Below, one piece after another: positions 23,602 through 38,500 of a DNA stretch of 64,000 bases. Below the pieces are notes generated by a model that saw only the letters and a program-made list of their open reading frames with translations, was not told where the DNA came from and did no database searches. The translations under genes and the position numbers were made by a program. This DNA comes from Phoronis australis. Lineage: Eukaryota > Animalia > Phoronida. The DNA lies in the NCBI GenBank assembly GCA_002633005.1, contig NMRA01000667.1, positions 37,280 through 101,279 of the forward strand. Reading direction: 5' to 3'. Within the stretch, counting starts at the first letter, position 1, and each line of letters opens with the position of its first letter.

Positions 23602-25838
23602 AAAACTTTATATACAACAAATAACAACAGAAGTCAAGTAGCTGATGTCAGGTGATAATTACATGGACAATTATGTTTACTGAAAGCCCAGCATTTAGCA
23701 AAGGCCAAATGCATTTTGTAGCTCCACCAAGGTGGATTCTTAACATTCAATGTAATGAAATGGCATGCGGCCCACAAACTTACTATTGGTGTACAAACGT
23801 GTATGAGAGACAACAGTGTATTTGTAAATTATACAAAGGCACTGCCATGATGCAAGCAAAGCATAGTTTCAAGAGAGTTTGAATTACTTCAACCAATAAA
23901 TCATACGGTCTCAGTACATGGCACAGCTGCAGTACAAACCAAAGGTATTCAGACAACATGACCTGGGCCCCATGGTCTAATCTTGGCACTTGAAATCTCA
24001 CTCCAAATTTAAGTATTTTCTACTCTACTTTTGAGCAAGCTCTAGATAAGTGTCTATTATTCCATGCTTGGGTAGATTGTGGCATTTGCATGAGTTTCTA
24101 GTCCATGTTCCAACTTGATGACCCCTAGATATGAGCAACAAACTTAAGTAATAACTTAAGATTTCGAGTTAAAAGTTGGAAATTTCGAGTTCAGACTCAA
24201 ACTTGTAGCCTTAATCCTGGGGTCTTTACGTGCAAATAGGATCAGACAGTTATTCACGCAAGCCAATATGTTCTCAAGCATAGAACAATGGACACTTCAG
24301 TTCGCACAAAAGTAATCTAAGAATGGAAAATGGCAAAAGTAATTCAGAGTTCGATTTCAAGTAAATAAAAAGATTAGGCAAATTATAACGGCTGGATGAA
24401 AGCCAAACTCATCGTCAAAACAGTCTACTCTCATGACTGAGCATGGAATGAACTAGCAGAAGCCACTGGAACTAGATTTTTTTCCTTATGATAGCAATTA
24501 CCAACCATTTTTGACATCATGATGGGTACATGGCATTTTGTCCGACATTTAAGTCTGGTACTGCACTAACCAAGGTGTTCAAAACATGACATTTTCAACT
24601 GTTTGACTATGTCAAATGCACCGCAGTTCTACTCAGAATACAAAATGAAATAAAAGTTAAGTTATATTAAGACGCAATGGAAAATAAGTTACACTACAGT
24701 TAAATCTAAAAGTTATGACACGACCCAGCGATTGTTTGGGTTGATGTTACCTTTAAAACATGCCATAATGCATAGACAGGTTCATGAGGTTTCTACGCAG
24801 TGAGAATGGCACAGCAGTAATTTCGACAAGAAATGCATTTTCATGGGTTTCAGTTGATTCAAACACTAGAATTACAAATTTACAGCTGAAGTGTTGAAAG
24901 AAGTAATACTAATACTATTACTCATCGTAGGCGTAAATAAGCCCCGCGTAGACGATCTGCCAAAAACTTAGCCTGATGCGTATCCCGTATGCTTATCATG
25001 GAAACAACCAACTTCATTTTCTAGTAACAACAATCAAATTCCCACCAAAACAAAGACAATCCCTTCCTCACAACACACCACAAATAACACGTTAAGGTTT
25101 AAAAATCAAAGTATGGCATCTAACCCTGAATATCATTCGTTGCTGAGGACATTAAGGAAATGAACCGACAAGAACAGGAAATTCACAAAAATAACATTGA
25201 ATTGGGGCACATCGCGCATGCTGACAATTTGTCCAATCAAGGAATGACGAGGAGAGCTTGAGAAACGTCTTAAACGGCAAAACTTGCCCAAGTCGGTTCC
25301 ATCCGAGTATGGCGAAATCCGACTTCTCTGAAGGGCTGAATGAAGGAACTAAAGCACCTGTGCTGCGGAACTTAGTTCGACTGGAGTGATTTTCCATTTC
25401 AAACAAAACGCTGCTTTTGTGAAAACAAAAATGAAACTTCATTTTCAGTCCACAATAATATTTAATTAACCTTACCTCTTCATAAAGGTTTTAAATGAAC
25501 TGCTTGCCAGTAAAAACAGAGTCTACCTTTCACTCATCATTCATTTCATTTTTATGGCCACGACAGACGCATAATCTCTGACTAGAAATTCCAGAAACAA
25601 ATTGCAGGAATCACTAAGCAAACAAACATTATATCGTTAACATTAAATCTATACAAACCTATCACATCACGGAAGTCACGACTAGATATGGGGCTTCGTT
25701 GAGGTTTCAAACTATTCTACGAATGACTGAGACATAAACACCACTACCAAAACCAGTCACCAGTTATTACTGACAATTCTGGGAGGTGGTTTGTCATACG
25801 ATAGTCCTGGTCTTAATGAGATGAAATTCTAAGATATT

Positions 25839-26346
25839 TGTCCAGGTTAACGCCCAGAGTGTTTAAATTGAGAAACTCAAGCATCAGGAGGTGAGCCTTG
25901 AGCCACGTCTGGTATATTTTTAAGTCCCAGTTGAGAATTTATTCACACCACCCACTTTAGTTAATGTCTTTTTCATGTGGACGTCAGCTTCAGTTTTAGA
26001 AAAAATTACGTATCTACTCCCAAAAAAATTCAGTCATAATTTAGTGCTCACTCAATTTGCGTTTGCTTTCCATCTGAGTTTTAGCCATATCTTTGATGGA
26101 GCCAGAAAACTTCGACAAAAATTCCGACAACTCTAATGCTGTACCTTAGATACATGAAATCACCTGAATATAGACAATGTTGTCAGTCATGGATATAAAG
26201 TGAATTAGGTGGAATTTGGTAGCTGATATTCTCCGCAGAATGGCATTTACAAAGACATAAGTGAAAGGAGAGGGCACTTAGAAGTGAAATCGAAAATTAG
26301 GTGGTGGGTGTTAAGTCAAACGAGGGCGTTAACCCAGCCAAGTACA
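25839..26346. mobile_element. MITE-like element in the RPTOR 3' region
   Basis: Inverted pairs ggttaacgccc / gggcgttaacc and cacaccaccc / ggtggtgggtg. Confidence 0.5.
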
Positions 26347-26453
26347 GCGTCACTAAATCATATTAAGCTGGCAGCAAGCTATGTCCATAAATAATGAGAG
26401 GGGCTAGTTAGTTATAAATAGAATGAATGAAATGACCCTATCCAGGACTATCT

Positions 26454-26522
26454 TTATCTCTTTTTCTCTGGGGTGGCATAGACAGAAATGAAACCATCTG
26501 TACTACCAGCAGCCAGCCGTAC
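26454..26522 (-). CDS. RPTOR: RPTOR exon 30 (stop)
   Basis: [22 protein letters not shown]. Confidence 0.93.
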   Translation of the reverse strand, partial: VRLAAGSTDGFISVYATPEKKR

Positions 26523-29500
26523 CTGTTAAAGGAAAAGAAATGTGCCAGGATCAGATGTTTCGTACATAGCATAACGAAATGTCCAGTGTCATCTAGTTCA
26601 CACGTAGGGGACTTAAAACAGAAGCATTATGCAGTCGAAGACCCTGATTTTTCTGTGATACTGGAAAATGAACAGAACTCACAGAATTGGGACTTCTTTG
26701 ATGGAGTTCCCATATTTCAGTAGCAGATACCAGAAACTGTATATTTCTGGTTTATAATTACCAAAACTTAACGTTCAACATGGCGTAAAGAATGAAGACA
26801 ATTCCCAGAACATTTAACTTTGAAATAGTAAAAGCAAAGATGCTAATTTACTATTAAAACGGGAAAAAATAGTGTATGCCAACATAGCATTCTCTCACTT
26901 TTGGAAAAAGGAAACTAGGGTTTCCATGTATTCATCTCTCAGCTCTCAGCTAATACAGACTTTCAAAAAAGCCAATCTGTTGAAATGACAAGAACAGAAT
27001 ACCCTTACACAAACAGGACTTGTGGAGGACAACACGTGATCAGCACGACATTATCAGATAAAGCAACTCGACAGCACAATCAGACAGAAACTATTACAAT
27101 ACTAGTAAAAATAAATTGCAAAGGACAAGTGTCCCGCAGAGAGTACTTGCTACGTTTCTGAAATACACCATAGAGAACAACTTGATGCCTTATGAATATG
27201 GATCAGGGACAGCAAGAGGACTGAAAAAAACAACCCATTCCAAAAAAGTGACAGATAAGGCTAGATGCTCTCCTGCTTCAACTACAACCAATGACACTAT
27301 ACTTCTCTAGAACACCACCAGGGCTTGCACATAAATGAACCAATGGGGGACCAGGTGGTATCGGCTCACCTTGTATGGATGGAAGGCCATGCACGTGATT
27401 GGACCAATGCGCTGGCCAATGAAACCCTCGTGGTATTTGATTGTGCTCAGGTTGTCCCCGCAACTGTTATAGATGTTGATCGTCTGAAGCGCCGAGCCAC
27501 TGTAGACAACAAGAAAGATGAGTCAAGAGAGCAACTTGATCAAGTCGTCAACACATAGCGGCAACAGTACTAAAGGTAACGTAGGACCTTAGAAAAATAA
27601 CCGAATTTAGCAAACTTTCGACCATCGTATCTCAGAAATGGCTAATCCGATTCATGTGAAACCTCCAGACAATATACTTTATGCAATGTTCTCAAAAACA
27701 CACTGTTTGGATTGCTTGTAAAATGTTCCACTTTTCCATGAAGGGTTATTATAAAATAGCACTTTTAGGATATTCATGAAAAAATTACGTCAAATAAAAC
27801 GACACTGAAAAGACATAGTTGCATAAAACATTTAATGACAGGCAGAAACTCAAAAATTTTTTAAGGCTTTCTACTTTCAGAAAATAATTTACTTAAAACC
27901 TACTTGTTTTAGAGATTTAGCTTAATACGCAGACGTATAAATAAAGTCACATAAAATAATCTAAATTATAAAGTCAAAAATGCGAATACTATTAGGCATC
28001 CCTGCACATATTAATGGAAGCAAAAGAAAGGCATTGCCTTGCAATAGATTCCTATTCAGGGCTGTTCCAGCAAAATCTGTATGGGAGGGGGGAAGGCACT
28101 TTTATTTCGTACCCACCTCCCATATTTTTCATGTATTATGGATTTTACTGGAACAGCCATCAAGGGATTTAAAATCTCGCTCAAATGATTTTTTAGAGTT
28201 TGTAATTGTTTTCAATACATTATTGAAGATGTGTTGTAACAGTGGCCAGAGGCCTATGCACTTGAAATAGATGAATGAGCTATTAATGACACACAAATAA
28301 CGGTATCGTGCAGTCGATTAGCGTTCATCTGCACAAGAGATGTAGTAGACTGCATAACAAAAACATCACGCTTTCACGCATCATGTTAAAATCAATGCTT
28401 TTGATGTCATGCAACAACCAATCGTATCCTGCAGATAAGATTTGAAGCAAAGTAACCCAGCCTAGTTACAAAGTGCAAGAATTGGAATGACCAATGAGAA
28501 AAAAGAGGAAAATTTCCCAGGTGATGTATCGTTCCACAAATATATAGGCTTGTATGATAGAAATACTTATTTGTGAAATAAATGTTTTTGCATGAATAAA
28601 GTGAAAGCAATGATTTAAAAAGAGGAACCTGGAAAACAAATATGATGAAATTGAAACCCAAAATCAAAGAGGAAATCCTCTTAAAAGAGGAAAATTCCAA
28701 GCCAAGACAGTGGAGTCAATAGGCTTTTCAGACAAGCTGCTGGGAAAGACTGACGTACTAGTCAATGCAAACGGTTTGAAAAACATCCTCACCCTCATTA
28801 TAATCTTAACTACAACAAATCAACTAGCGACGCACAAAAAATCTCTCCGAAGGAAAAGAGTCAAACTTACCATGAGACTACGTCTCCGTAAGGGTGTACC
28901 TCTAGTGATGTCATGCCTTGAGTTGATGGGAATGACATCACAGACTCGGTAAAACGTGGGTCCCAGAATCGGACGTCGCCGCCCACACTGAAAAACACCA
29001 GGTACAAGTATCAACCTAAGTGCACACTGCCTTTGACGAAAGACATTTTAAGACACATGACTAATATTCAGACTTACTTCAACTGGACAGTGTGGCGAAA
29101 TGGTGATACAGCTGACAGTAGAAGCTTCACAATCTCTCCACCTATGAATGAAATTTCTTCATCCAATAAGTTTAAAGCGGCTATAAACATGTTTCTTCCA
29201 AGAAGTGAACTTTTAATTCGGTCCCCTTACCACTAAAAATTGTTCTCACCTTGTACTTTTCCCATATGAGAAGTGACTTTTAGGCTTGCAAAGACCCAGC
29301 AGTTCATAACTACCCGAGACCATGCTTAGCGCACAAAACGACACCCCATGACAAGCCAACCAATGGAGCCTGATCCTAAGCAGTAACAAACCGTCACTTC
29401 TTTCGAGACTCGAAATCACTGATGAACAATTTGAAACCAAACTAGTGTACTATCTTCCTCAGCACCGAGATTGTTCACACAAGAACAGCATTACCGCGGA

Positions 29501-32500
29501 CATCAAAATACAAATATTGGATGTGACCAAACATGAAAGCTTTGGAATAAAACAAATCTAAATATTAATTGCTACTCGCCTTCCACTGACAATCTTCCCA
29601 TCCGGTTTCCTCTGTAGATGAACTTTCACAACCCAGCTGGAGTGCTCGCGTAGTGTCATCACACGGCTGGAAGAATACGCGAGCATAAACAAAATGCTTG
29701 AAATACGATATTTCTGTCAGGCACACACATCCAGTCACAGCCCTAACATCTATGCAAAGATGCTGGTAATTTCCACATTACGTAACCAGTAGCAGATCAT
29801 TATGCTGTTGTAGGTAGCTTATTGAGCCGCCACAACCAAAACGTATAAAACCGAGATGTATTTGAACACATTCTCCAACTTCACGCTATAGCTATCAGCA
29901 AAGAGCTGCTGTTGAACAAGTGTGCAGATCAGTAACACAGGTAGTTGTCCAGTCAGGTTTTATACATTGTAGCTCGATCTAACTGTTATTGTCACGCACA
30001 CTAATGAAGCCATGGCGACAAGCCATCTACATAGAGAGGTGTACGCAAGGTCAGGGTGTTTATCATAAAGTGAAACATTGCCCACCAGACAAGAAGACAC
30101 CAAGTGCTAGCCATCAACCACACAGACCAGTTATCTGAAAACATCCGTCAACCTAACAGTTACAAGACTAGCTTATTACATGCCTTACAGTTATGCCATG
30201 CTTGGCAAGCCACTGGGTGTTGACAGTCAAGCATACAAAATAACAGAGCTTTACTATCACACCTACAAATCACCAAGGACTGTCACACAGTGTTACAAGC
30301 CAGACAATTCTAGCCACACAATACAAACCCTACACTAAGTCACAGCCTTTCACCAAACAAGACTCATCACCACACCACAGCACAATGTCCAGAAAGGTCA
30401 TCCCAGTCACAAGCTCAACCAATCACATAGCCACAAACACGGACAAGTTCCAGCCACTCAATACAAGCCCCTCCCCTTGTCTGGGTAAAAGCCGTCAATC
30501 ATACAGCCAGATGGAGCCATATCCACAGCCAACTGTCGACTGAGACTATCCCACAGAATCACTGACAGGACTAGTCATGCAGTCACTCACACAAATCAGT
30601 TGAAGACCTACCAGTCGCTGGGTGCAAGGCGTCTATCATACAGTCTAATGGAGCCATCTCCACAGCCAGCTATCAGCAGGGACCGGCCCACAGAGTCGCA
30701 CGCTAGACTAGTCACGCAGCTATCTGCGCCTGTCGGTATATCCTGCACCTTCAATTCTTTCTGTACGTCCCACACACGGACCACGCGCACGTCGCCAGAG
30801 GCCAGCAATGTTGACGACTCTTGTTCCCAGTCGAGCACCAGCCCGGACCCTGCATCAGAAAAATTGTCCAGTATTGAGCTATGCAAACTACAAGAAGAAG
30901 AATAAGAATTCAAATAAATGTCAGATATAACAACTAAAATTAGAACAATGTTGCCAGTCCAAGTTGTTGTTATTCCTTGAAATTATGCAAATTATGCAAA
31001 TCTAATCGAGCACCACAGAAGACTGAAAAACAATCATTATTATATATACTGTGAAACTTGCACAAGTTGAACATGCCCACGTTGGATTTTCACTTAACTC
31101 GGATGAAGTTCCGCGATTCAATTGTTCTAGCTCAAGCACTCAGCCCTTCACACAATTCAAACTTCACCGCACTCAGATAAAATCTCTCGGTCCGATTCGA
31201 TCCGACTCATGTAAGTTTCACTGTGTTTTACTTTTTAAGCTCCTTGAGAATTCATTTCTGCTCAGCTTTACACAAAGTAAAATTAAAACTACGCCATTTA
31301 ATAGAACAATTGATCCCGAAAACTTCCTCTTTTTCTGTTGCCACAAAGAGCATGCAGAGAAATTACGAGAAGATGGTGCATACCCCTAGTTGAAGGCAAC
31401 ATGTCCGATAGCGCCTGCCAGGCCGTTACCAGAGAAGTGTCTTCCCGATCTTCCTGACAATAGTTACGCCATATTCGAACAGCACCGTCGTCTGCAAAGA
31501 GAATTGTATTGTTGGGGGCCATGTCACATCAAACTCTCAGAACATCCAAGCTTGTCTTGACATCTTGACGACATGGGTTGGGGGATGCACGGTAAAAACA
31601 CGACTTCAGCGTGGCACAGTCCACAGGCTTGTACTCAGATCTTAAAGTGTTTAGTCGGTCCCCTATCGCCTTTTATACCGCTTTTCAAGTCGTTCCCAGA
31701 ACTACCTTAAGTTGGTGTGACAAGACCCTTAGTGGAGCCTAAGGGGAACTTAATAAGAAATACGGACAACGGTTCTGATATCTCTTTTGGCATTATCCTG
31801 ATGACTGTTATCCAATTTCAAAACAAAGTACTTGTAAGCATACCAGTCACTGCAACATCAATTAAAAAATTCTGAAAGGTTCAAGGATAAGCTGGATCAC
31901 AAGGCCAATAAACAGATAGGTCCAAACAGGCAAAATTTACTGACTACTGCAGTGCTTCATGCACACCATTTAAAATTCTTAAAATTCAGACCAATAAGTA
32001 ATCATCAGGCAGGCCAGACTTAAAGAAATGTAATATTCACTGGTATAAATTTGAATTCATATTGAATTCCAGAAAAGCCTTGAAAGACAAAGCTAGCATA
32101 CAAATTACTATCACCAAAACATGCCTTTACGTCCTCTTAATTCACGCAAATGTCCAACAGAAAATATCCCCAATCATGAATATTCATCAATAACGCAAAA
32201 GATTCTTACCTGAACCCGTAAGAAGAAGTGCATTGTCGTGTGGATTGATGAAATGCATGGCAGTGATGCGCGTGTTTCTCTGGTTCTGATTGTTAAAGTA
32301 GGATAGCCTAGCACCCTGTTCCCACTCCCAGATACTGCAACGAGAACGTCAGTGACAGTACGGTACAGTTTTGTCACGGAGGCTCAGCAGGAGCAAGAGC
32401 ACCGAATTTTATTCACGACTCGACTTCAACAATGACCAATCACAATGCGTAAAATTTAGTTTTGCACAAAGTTTGACCTCAGGCTCAGGGATGATATGAT

Positions 32501-35500
32501 TTGATGCTAGGACAGCATTAAAAAAAATTCCATCACAAATTCCCCCCCTGGTTGCCACTCATTTCCCAACTTGCAAATACTATAATCAAATACTTTCCAC
32601 CATTCACTCATTCGCCGCCATTTGTAAAGAAATTTATTGCTTTTGGTTCTCGACTCCTGCCGTACAAACTGTCTTGAAGTATTTGCCTAGCAAATCACCT
32701 ATGTGCCAAACACATAAGCTATTTGCGCCATCAATCAGAACCTTTGATGGAGTATCAGCCCCTGGAGGGAGGGGGGCGCTACAGTGTCCCTGAAGCTCAA
32801 CGTCACCTCAGAGTAAAGGAAAATAGCTAAGACAACAGAACATTCCCTGGACGTAGAACTGACTGATACTCAGATTACGGAATGGGAATGAGCTGGGCAG
32901 TGTAAACATATCAATGGAAGCAACCCAACTATATTGTGGCAGTAGATTGGTTACTCGAGCTGATCTGCTATACTTTTGAGTGACACTCATGTCATGCCAC
33001 GGAACAGGCTACCGCAGGGTCGCAATTGATATGCAGAAGTCCATTCAGACAGCCTGAGTGAAAAACCATGTATTGGGGTCTGTGTATACAGCGAGTCCTT
33101 AAGGAGTGTTTGAGTTAGTGCAGCTGTTACTTGCGTATTACGTCAGAATGGCTAGTGGTTGGATATAACGTGCCCAAATTTTGAGAACCAGTTTTCTGCA
33201 CTGAATAACAGGCATGAAACTGGTTCTCAAAATACGGGCACCTTATAATCGACTATTGACTCAGAATAAACGAACTGACAGCAATCCTGGCATATTCTTT
33301 CTCTGCATCCAACTGCATGACGGTTACACTTGCAAAAGTCTATTTCAAACCTCACAAACATTTTGTTTACCTCGCCCATTAATCATGTCTAATAGACGTT
33401 AACATGTCGACACTTTCCAACCTTTCTTGTAAGCTAAGGAGTTTCAAATATTCTCCATCAACCATAATTTGCAAATTCAGGGGAGCAGAAACCTGACTCA
33501 TCCTCAGACCTCCCCCCCAGCATCCGAAATACCTCCGGTATTTTCGTAGTCTAGCCCCAAATTTCTCCGCGAAGTTGTTCCATTTCTGCAAACATACGAA
33601 GTTCAGTCATGCGGCAAGCCACATGACTTTCAAAACGGAGACAGACTGCACGTATGACTGAAGTTTTACAAGCGTAGATATAAAAACCTCCGCAGGGAAA
33701 CGTGCGGCTGCAAAAATACTGATGTACCTGATGCTGTACTCAGCTCCACTATCAACCTACCTCACTGCATCCTTCTCGGCCACGGCCAAGTGAGACTCGT
33801 AGGGGTGAAACTTGAGAACACTGGGAACACCCTGGTTCCTGTTAATGAACACCTGGTCATCGAGTCGATTGAAACCTGGTCGATGAAGTGATACATTGAT
33901 AATAGTCAGGCAACAGCTAGGTAAGCTATTCAGTTTGAGAACACTATGCCTTTCAACCTTTTGAAATTCAAAGATGCTTAATTTTACAGAAACATTAATA
34001 GTGATGAAAACCATCCATATTATTCACAAACTGAAGTAACACAATGACTCAGAACAAACAATGCTACTTGAATGTCATAACAGTATTGAGTGACGAAATC
34101 CTATATTGTTGCAAGACTCTACAGTCAATGTAGATTCCGACTAAGCTGACATTGTTTGCCGAGGTTGTAAAAACTAACATTAATTGGTATGTGTAGGAGT
34201 CCTATCTCATGATGCTGGAGTGAATCGGTAACCAATGACTACACAAAGCCTCACACATTCACTAAGGGATGAGAAAGTTAATGGTCAGGATGAAAAAGTA
34301 ACGCCTGGTTCGAAAACACAAGATCTAGTGATATTACAGTTCATCTTTTCTACAATAATCTACGGTTTAACAGGGACTGTAATCAAAATACAGATGCCAT
34401 TTTGAAGGTAATAGCCAATTACCAAGATCCCACATTTTGAGAACCAGTTTCCTCCACTGCATGAGGGGCATCAAACTGATTCTCAAAATCCGTGACCCCT
34501 GCAAATGACTATTGCCATTCCGAAGGTAACAAATCTTGTGAAGGATATTTTTTGCCAGATGTGCCAGCCACATCTGACAAAAAATGATGGAACTTGAATA
34601 TTTTCGTTATCATCATTGCTACAGGGCCAGATATAAACAATGACTTAAATCAATCATGATTCTTCAAAAATGCTGCTCACTCTATGCACCATTTTTGTGG
34701 AAGTTTCCGCCTGTTCACGAATGTGAAGAAAGAAGTGCACCAACCCGCTCTCCTCTGCTCCTCCTCTGCATCCCTGCGCACTCTAGCATTCCTTGTAAAC
34801 CGGTAGTCCCTTTGACTGTGCGAGACACTCTCTACATCCTGTTCATCCGAGATGCGCATGACTGGCTGGGCAAAGTGCTTGCAGTTCCACTCAAAGAACT
34901 CCGTAGCCTTCACCAGCGACGGTCGGACCGGTGGATCTTCTTCTTTGGGTTCAATCTTCAAGAAAGACACTCGGGTTAGATTTTAAAAGTTTGACACGTA
35001 GCTAAGTACTTTTAGCTTTTGCGGCAATTCCTCACTTATTTAGTGCAAAAATAATACAAAATTTGTCATTTTTTAATTTTTCAACGGCTGTTTACCATGT
35101 TGTAGGCAACGAAAATTTCACAAAAATGTCGTTTTATGACATTAACATGTTCTACTAATTAAAGAAAACTTAATTAAAATCTCTTGTCGTTGTCTAATCA
35201 ATCTGCCCAAACGTCCTGTGAGCACAGACAACTTACTAGAGCTGGTCCCTTGTCAAATAACTTCCTGGACCTTGTGAACTGAGCCGAGTAGCGGAACTGG
35301 CCCTGGCTGGGACTACTGGAGCCCCTGGCGAGAGACTGGAAGTCACCCGTGTGCGTCTCGCTCCTCGTCATCCCTGTCGACATCATGGAGAAGCCTGATG
35401 AGGTAGTGGGTGGGGTTTTGCTGAAAGACGTCACAACAGGATCGGTCATGTGTTGAACAGGTTGGTCACATGAGTAATTGCGATGTTGGCCATCAACACA

Positions 35501-38500
35501 GGAGCTTGTAGAGAATCGAAACATGGGTTCTTAACTGGATTAACAATCACAGAATAAATTTATTCAGCGGTGAATAACAATAGCAAATGTTTGCTTTTCT
35601 AGTTATTGGCTGGTGAGCATCAAAAGGCACCTGCCTCCACCCTGCAACACTGATAAGCTGATAAATACATCCACAACAGTGGGAGCAGAATGAGGCAGCT
35701 ATAGCAAGATCACCATGGTGACGAGGAATGCTTTCATAAACACAATTACATAAGCATACACAAGCGCTTCTTTAGAACTTAAAAAATCGTCAATGCAGAC
35801 AGATAAAATAATAGGAAACAGCAAGCATTTGAAGTCGACGACTAGAAACCTTCTTGTTGACCATTTGTTACAAAATTATAAAATGCCGGTTGTATATAGA
35901 TCACATACGTTACTTTACAGTCTTTAATTCCTTGAAATTCACTCTTGAGGACAGACTGGATAAAGATTATAAACGACTACCCGACATTTTAGGCATGAAT
36001 TCAAATTTTTCCAGTCGTCGAAAAGGGAGTTATTTGATGATACTTGAAAGAGGTCAACAACGGTTTACAATAACGTGGGATGAACACACTAGTCTTGCAT
36101 GAGAAGTGGGGTCTCCTTACACGACACATTACACTAACCTGTAAACCTTGTTTGAAGGACTGACGGGGGCTGAGTGTGCAGGTGAACTGTTGACCATGGT
36201 CTTAGGCTTGGCAGTAAGACTGGCCTGTAACCACGCATATACACGTGCAACTACACAAGTTCTTTAATACAATGTAATAGGGCAGCGGAAGTATAAGAAC
36301 GATTTGTTTTTGAATACCAATCTTGTGGAAAATTCGTTACCAACGGAAATGTCTATGTAAAAAAGGCAAACAAAAATTCAACCTATTTAGTCTCAATTCG
36401 TACAAACATCACAGTTACTGAAGAAAATCATATGTGTAAAGGTAGGACCCTTGAAAAATGTCCGCATTAGGCTTACCTTCGGAACATCACACCTCGCAAA
36501 TGGTTAATCATACTCATTTGAAAATTTCCCAAAATGTTGTTAAGAATCGATCTTAAAATGTGCGAGGGGTTAATATCCAAAACAGGATTTTTATGTTTTT
36601 ATGCAAACTCAAAATTTGCTTATAAGAAATACAAAATAGTTTTCATTTTGAAATTAATGCAAACAAAATTTGGTCAAGTTGTCGATACAGCCGATTTTCT
36701 ATGAATGTGTTTTTCTTTTTCACTAAATTTTACTGACAAGACATGGTCAAGTAATCAAATTCAGGGCTGATTCATAAGTCAACAAGAATAAAAAAGAAGA
36801 CAATATTACTTGATCATTTAAAAACTTTATACACTACAGCTGTCATATATAAACACACGGTGAAATTTTGAACATTTTTTTGGCAATACCACGGGGGTCT
36901 GAATAATGAAAAAATTGCAATTTCGGCCATTATTTTGTTGGAAAGGGAGGAAACTTTATCAGACATATATTTGACGGAAAAATGAGAAAATAAAATTATC
37001 AGTCTTGAAGGAGTGATATTTGCATGTTTGAAGCTGTAGGCTAATTTTGCTTTTTATTTCAGTCTCACACAAACCAAGTAAGTTACAAACCTTCAAATTG
37101 ATGGCATTGACCAGGTTCTTGGTGGTCTCCGTAATGGATGGAAATGGGTCCATCACCAACTGCAGCTGTGTCTTCCAGATCACGTTGTAGCTATTGCCGA
37201 ACGCCAGTCCACCAATGAACGACGAGGAACTGCTGACTCGGCGTGTCTTCTCGGCCAGTGGCGTGCTGTCACCGCTGCCCGAACTCTCAAAGCTGCTCCC
37301 TCCGCTACTATTGTAGTTCATCATGGGCGTGAATGCTGTCACATACAGACAGATTTTTCTCAATTAATAAATTTTCGTGGATTTAAAGTGGCACAAAGTC
37401 TGACAAGAGTTACATGTGAAGTCCGAGTGTCGAGTCAAGCCAAAGGTGCAGCATTCACCATGCAAGGAGATTCTCGCTTCATCTCTAAGTACACGCCGGG
37501 TCATACTGTGGAGGGGCATTTCAAGAACAAAACGCAAATGCGCTTGTGTGAGTTGAATGCTGAAACCTTTGGCTTAACTCGATACTCTGACCCTAACTCT
37601 GTCAAAGTTCATTAGGCTCTTATTCATAGAGACACTCTTTGAAAGAAACAGTGCTTAGATCACAAATGAACCAGTCCTATAAATAAGTATAATGACAGCA
37701 TATAAACAATGATGAAATGAGCCCAAGCTTAAGACTTCATATTTCAGTACACACTTTCAATTACACTCAAGGACTGCCAGAAGAGACCCTTTTTGAACCC
37801 TGCTTTTTCCGCAAAAAACAGACACTCTAGGCTACACACAAAGGATGCCACACCCCTGAAACTGCAAGGTGGAAATCAGCACTAGTGAAGAATTAAAGAC
37901 AAAAGTGGAAAAACTCGTAGCATTTTAGAGGTCATGACTAGAAGACCAATGTGCAATTCAAAGTGAACTATCTAAGCTCTAAAATTGAAACATGTTATTT
38001 CCGTTAGAAAACTGTGCCCACTGGACAAAAAACTACCTGGCAAACACTCACTTCAGACTAAGTAAGGAATCATCAACCAAGCTATGCCAAGACGGACACG
38101 GCAGTGAAGCTTTTGAGCATGTTAAAATTAAGTCAACCAAACATCAAAGAGTATCAAAGTCACTCTTTCAAACCAGGTGCTTACAAAGCATTTGTTGGTT
38201 GTGATGCACAAAATGATAAGTGAGACTGACTAACGAACAGTTGTTTTAATAAAATCATGAATCTCGTCGAGGCTTTGTCAAAATTATGACAGAAACCAGA
38301 CAACAAAAAAATTAATAAATTATAATTTCAATCAGTTGAAATTTTTGCTTTGAAATTTCAACGATTTTCATCGAAAAGGAAAATCGTAAACTTGTCTGGA
38401 AATCTCGTGATGGTTGAAGTTTGGGTTTAACTCAAGATGTGAATGTGCAAAGGATTGGCATCAAATGAAACGCTCTAGGTTCCAGTCACCCATTCCCAAA

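Noticed and set aside
30100-30600. CA-rich stretch with recurring cacagcc/agccac words
   Set aside because: Too degenerate to define a unit; treated as decayed low-complexity intron sequence.
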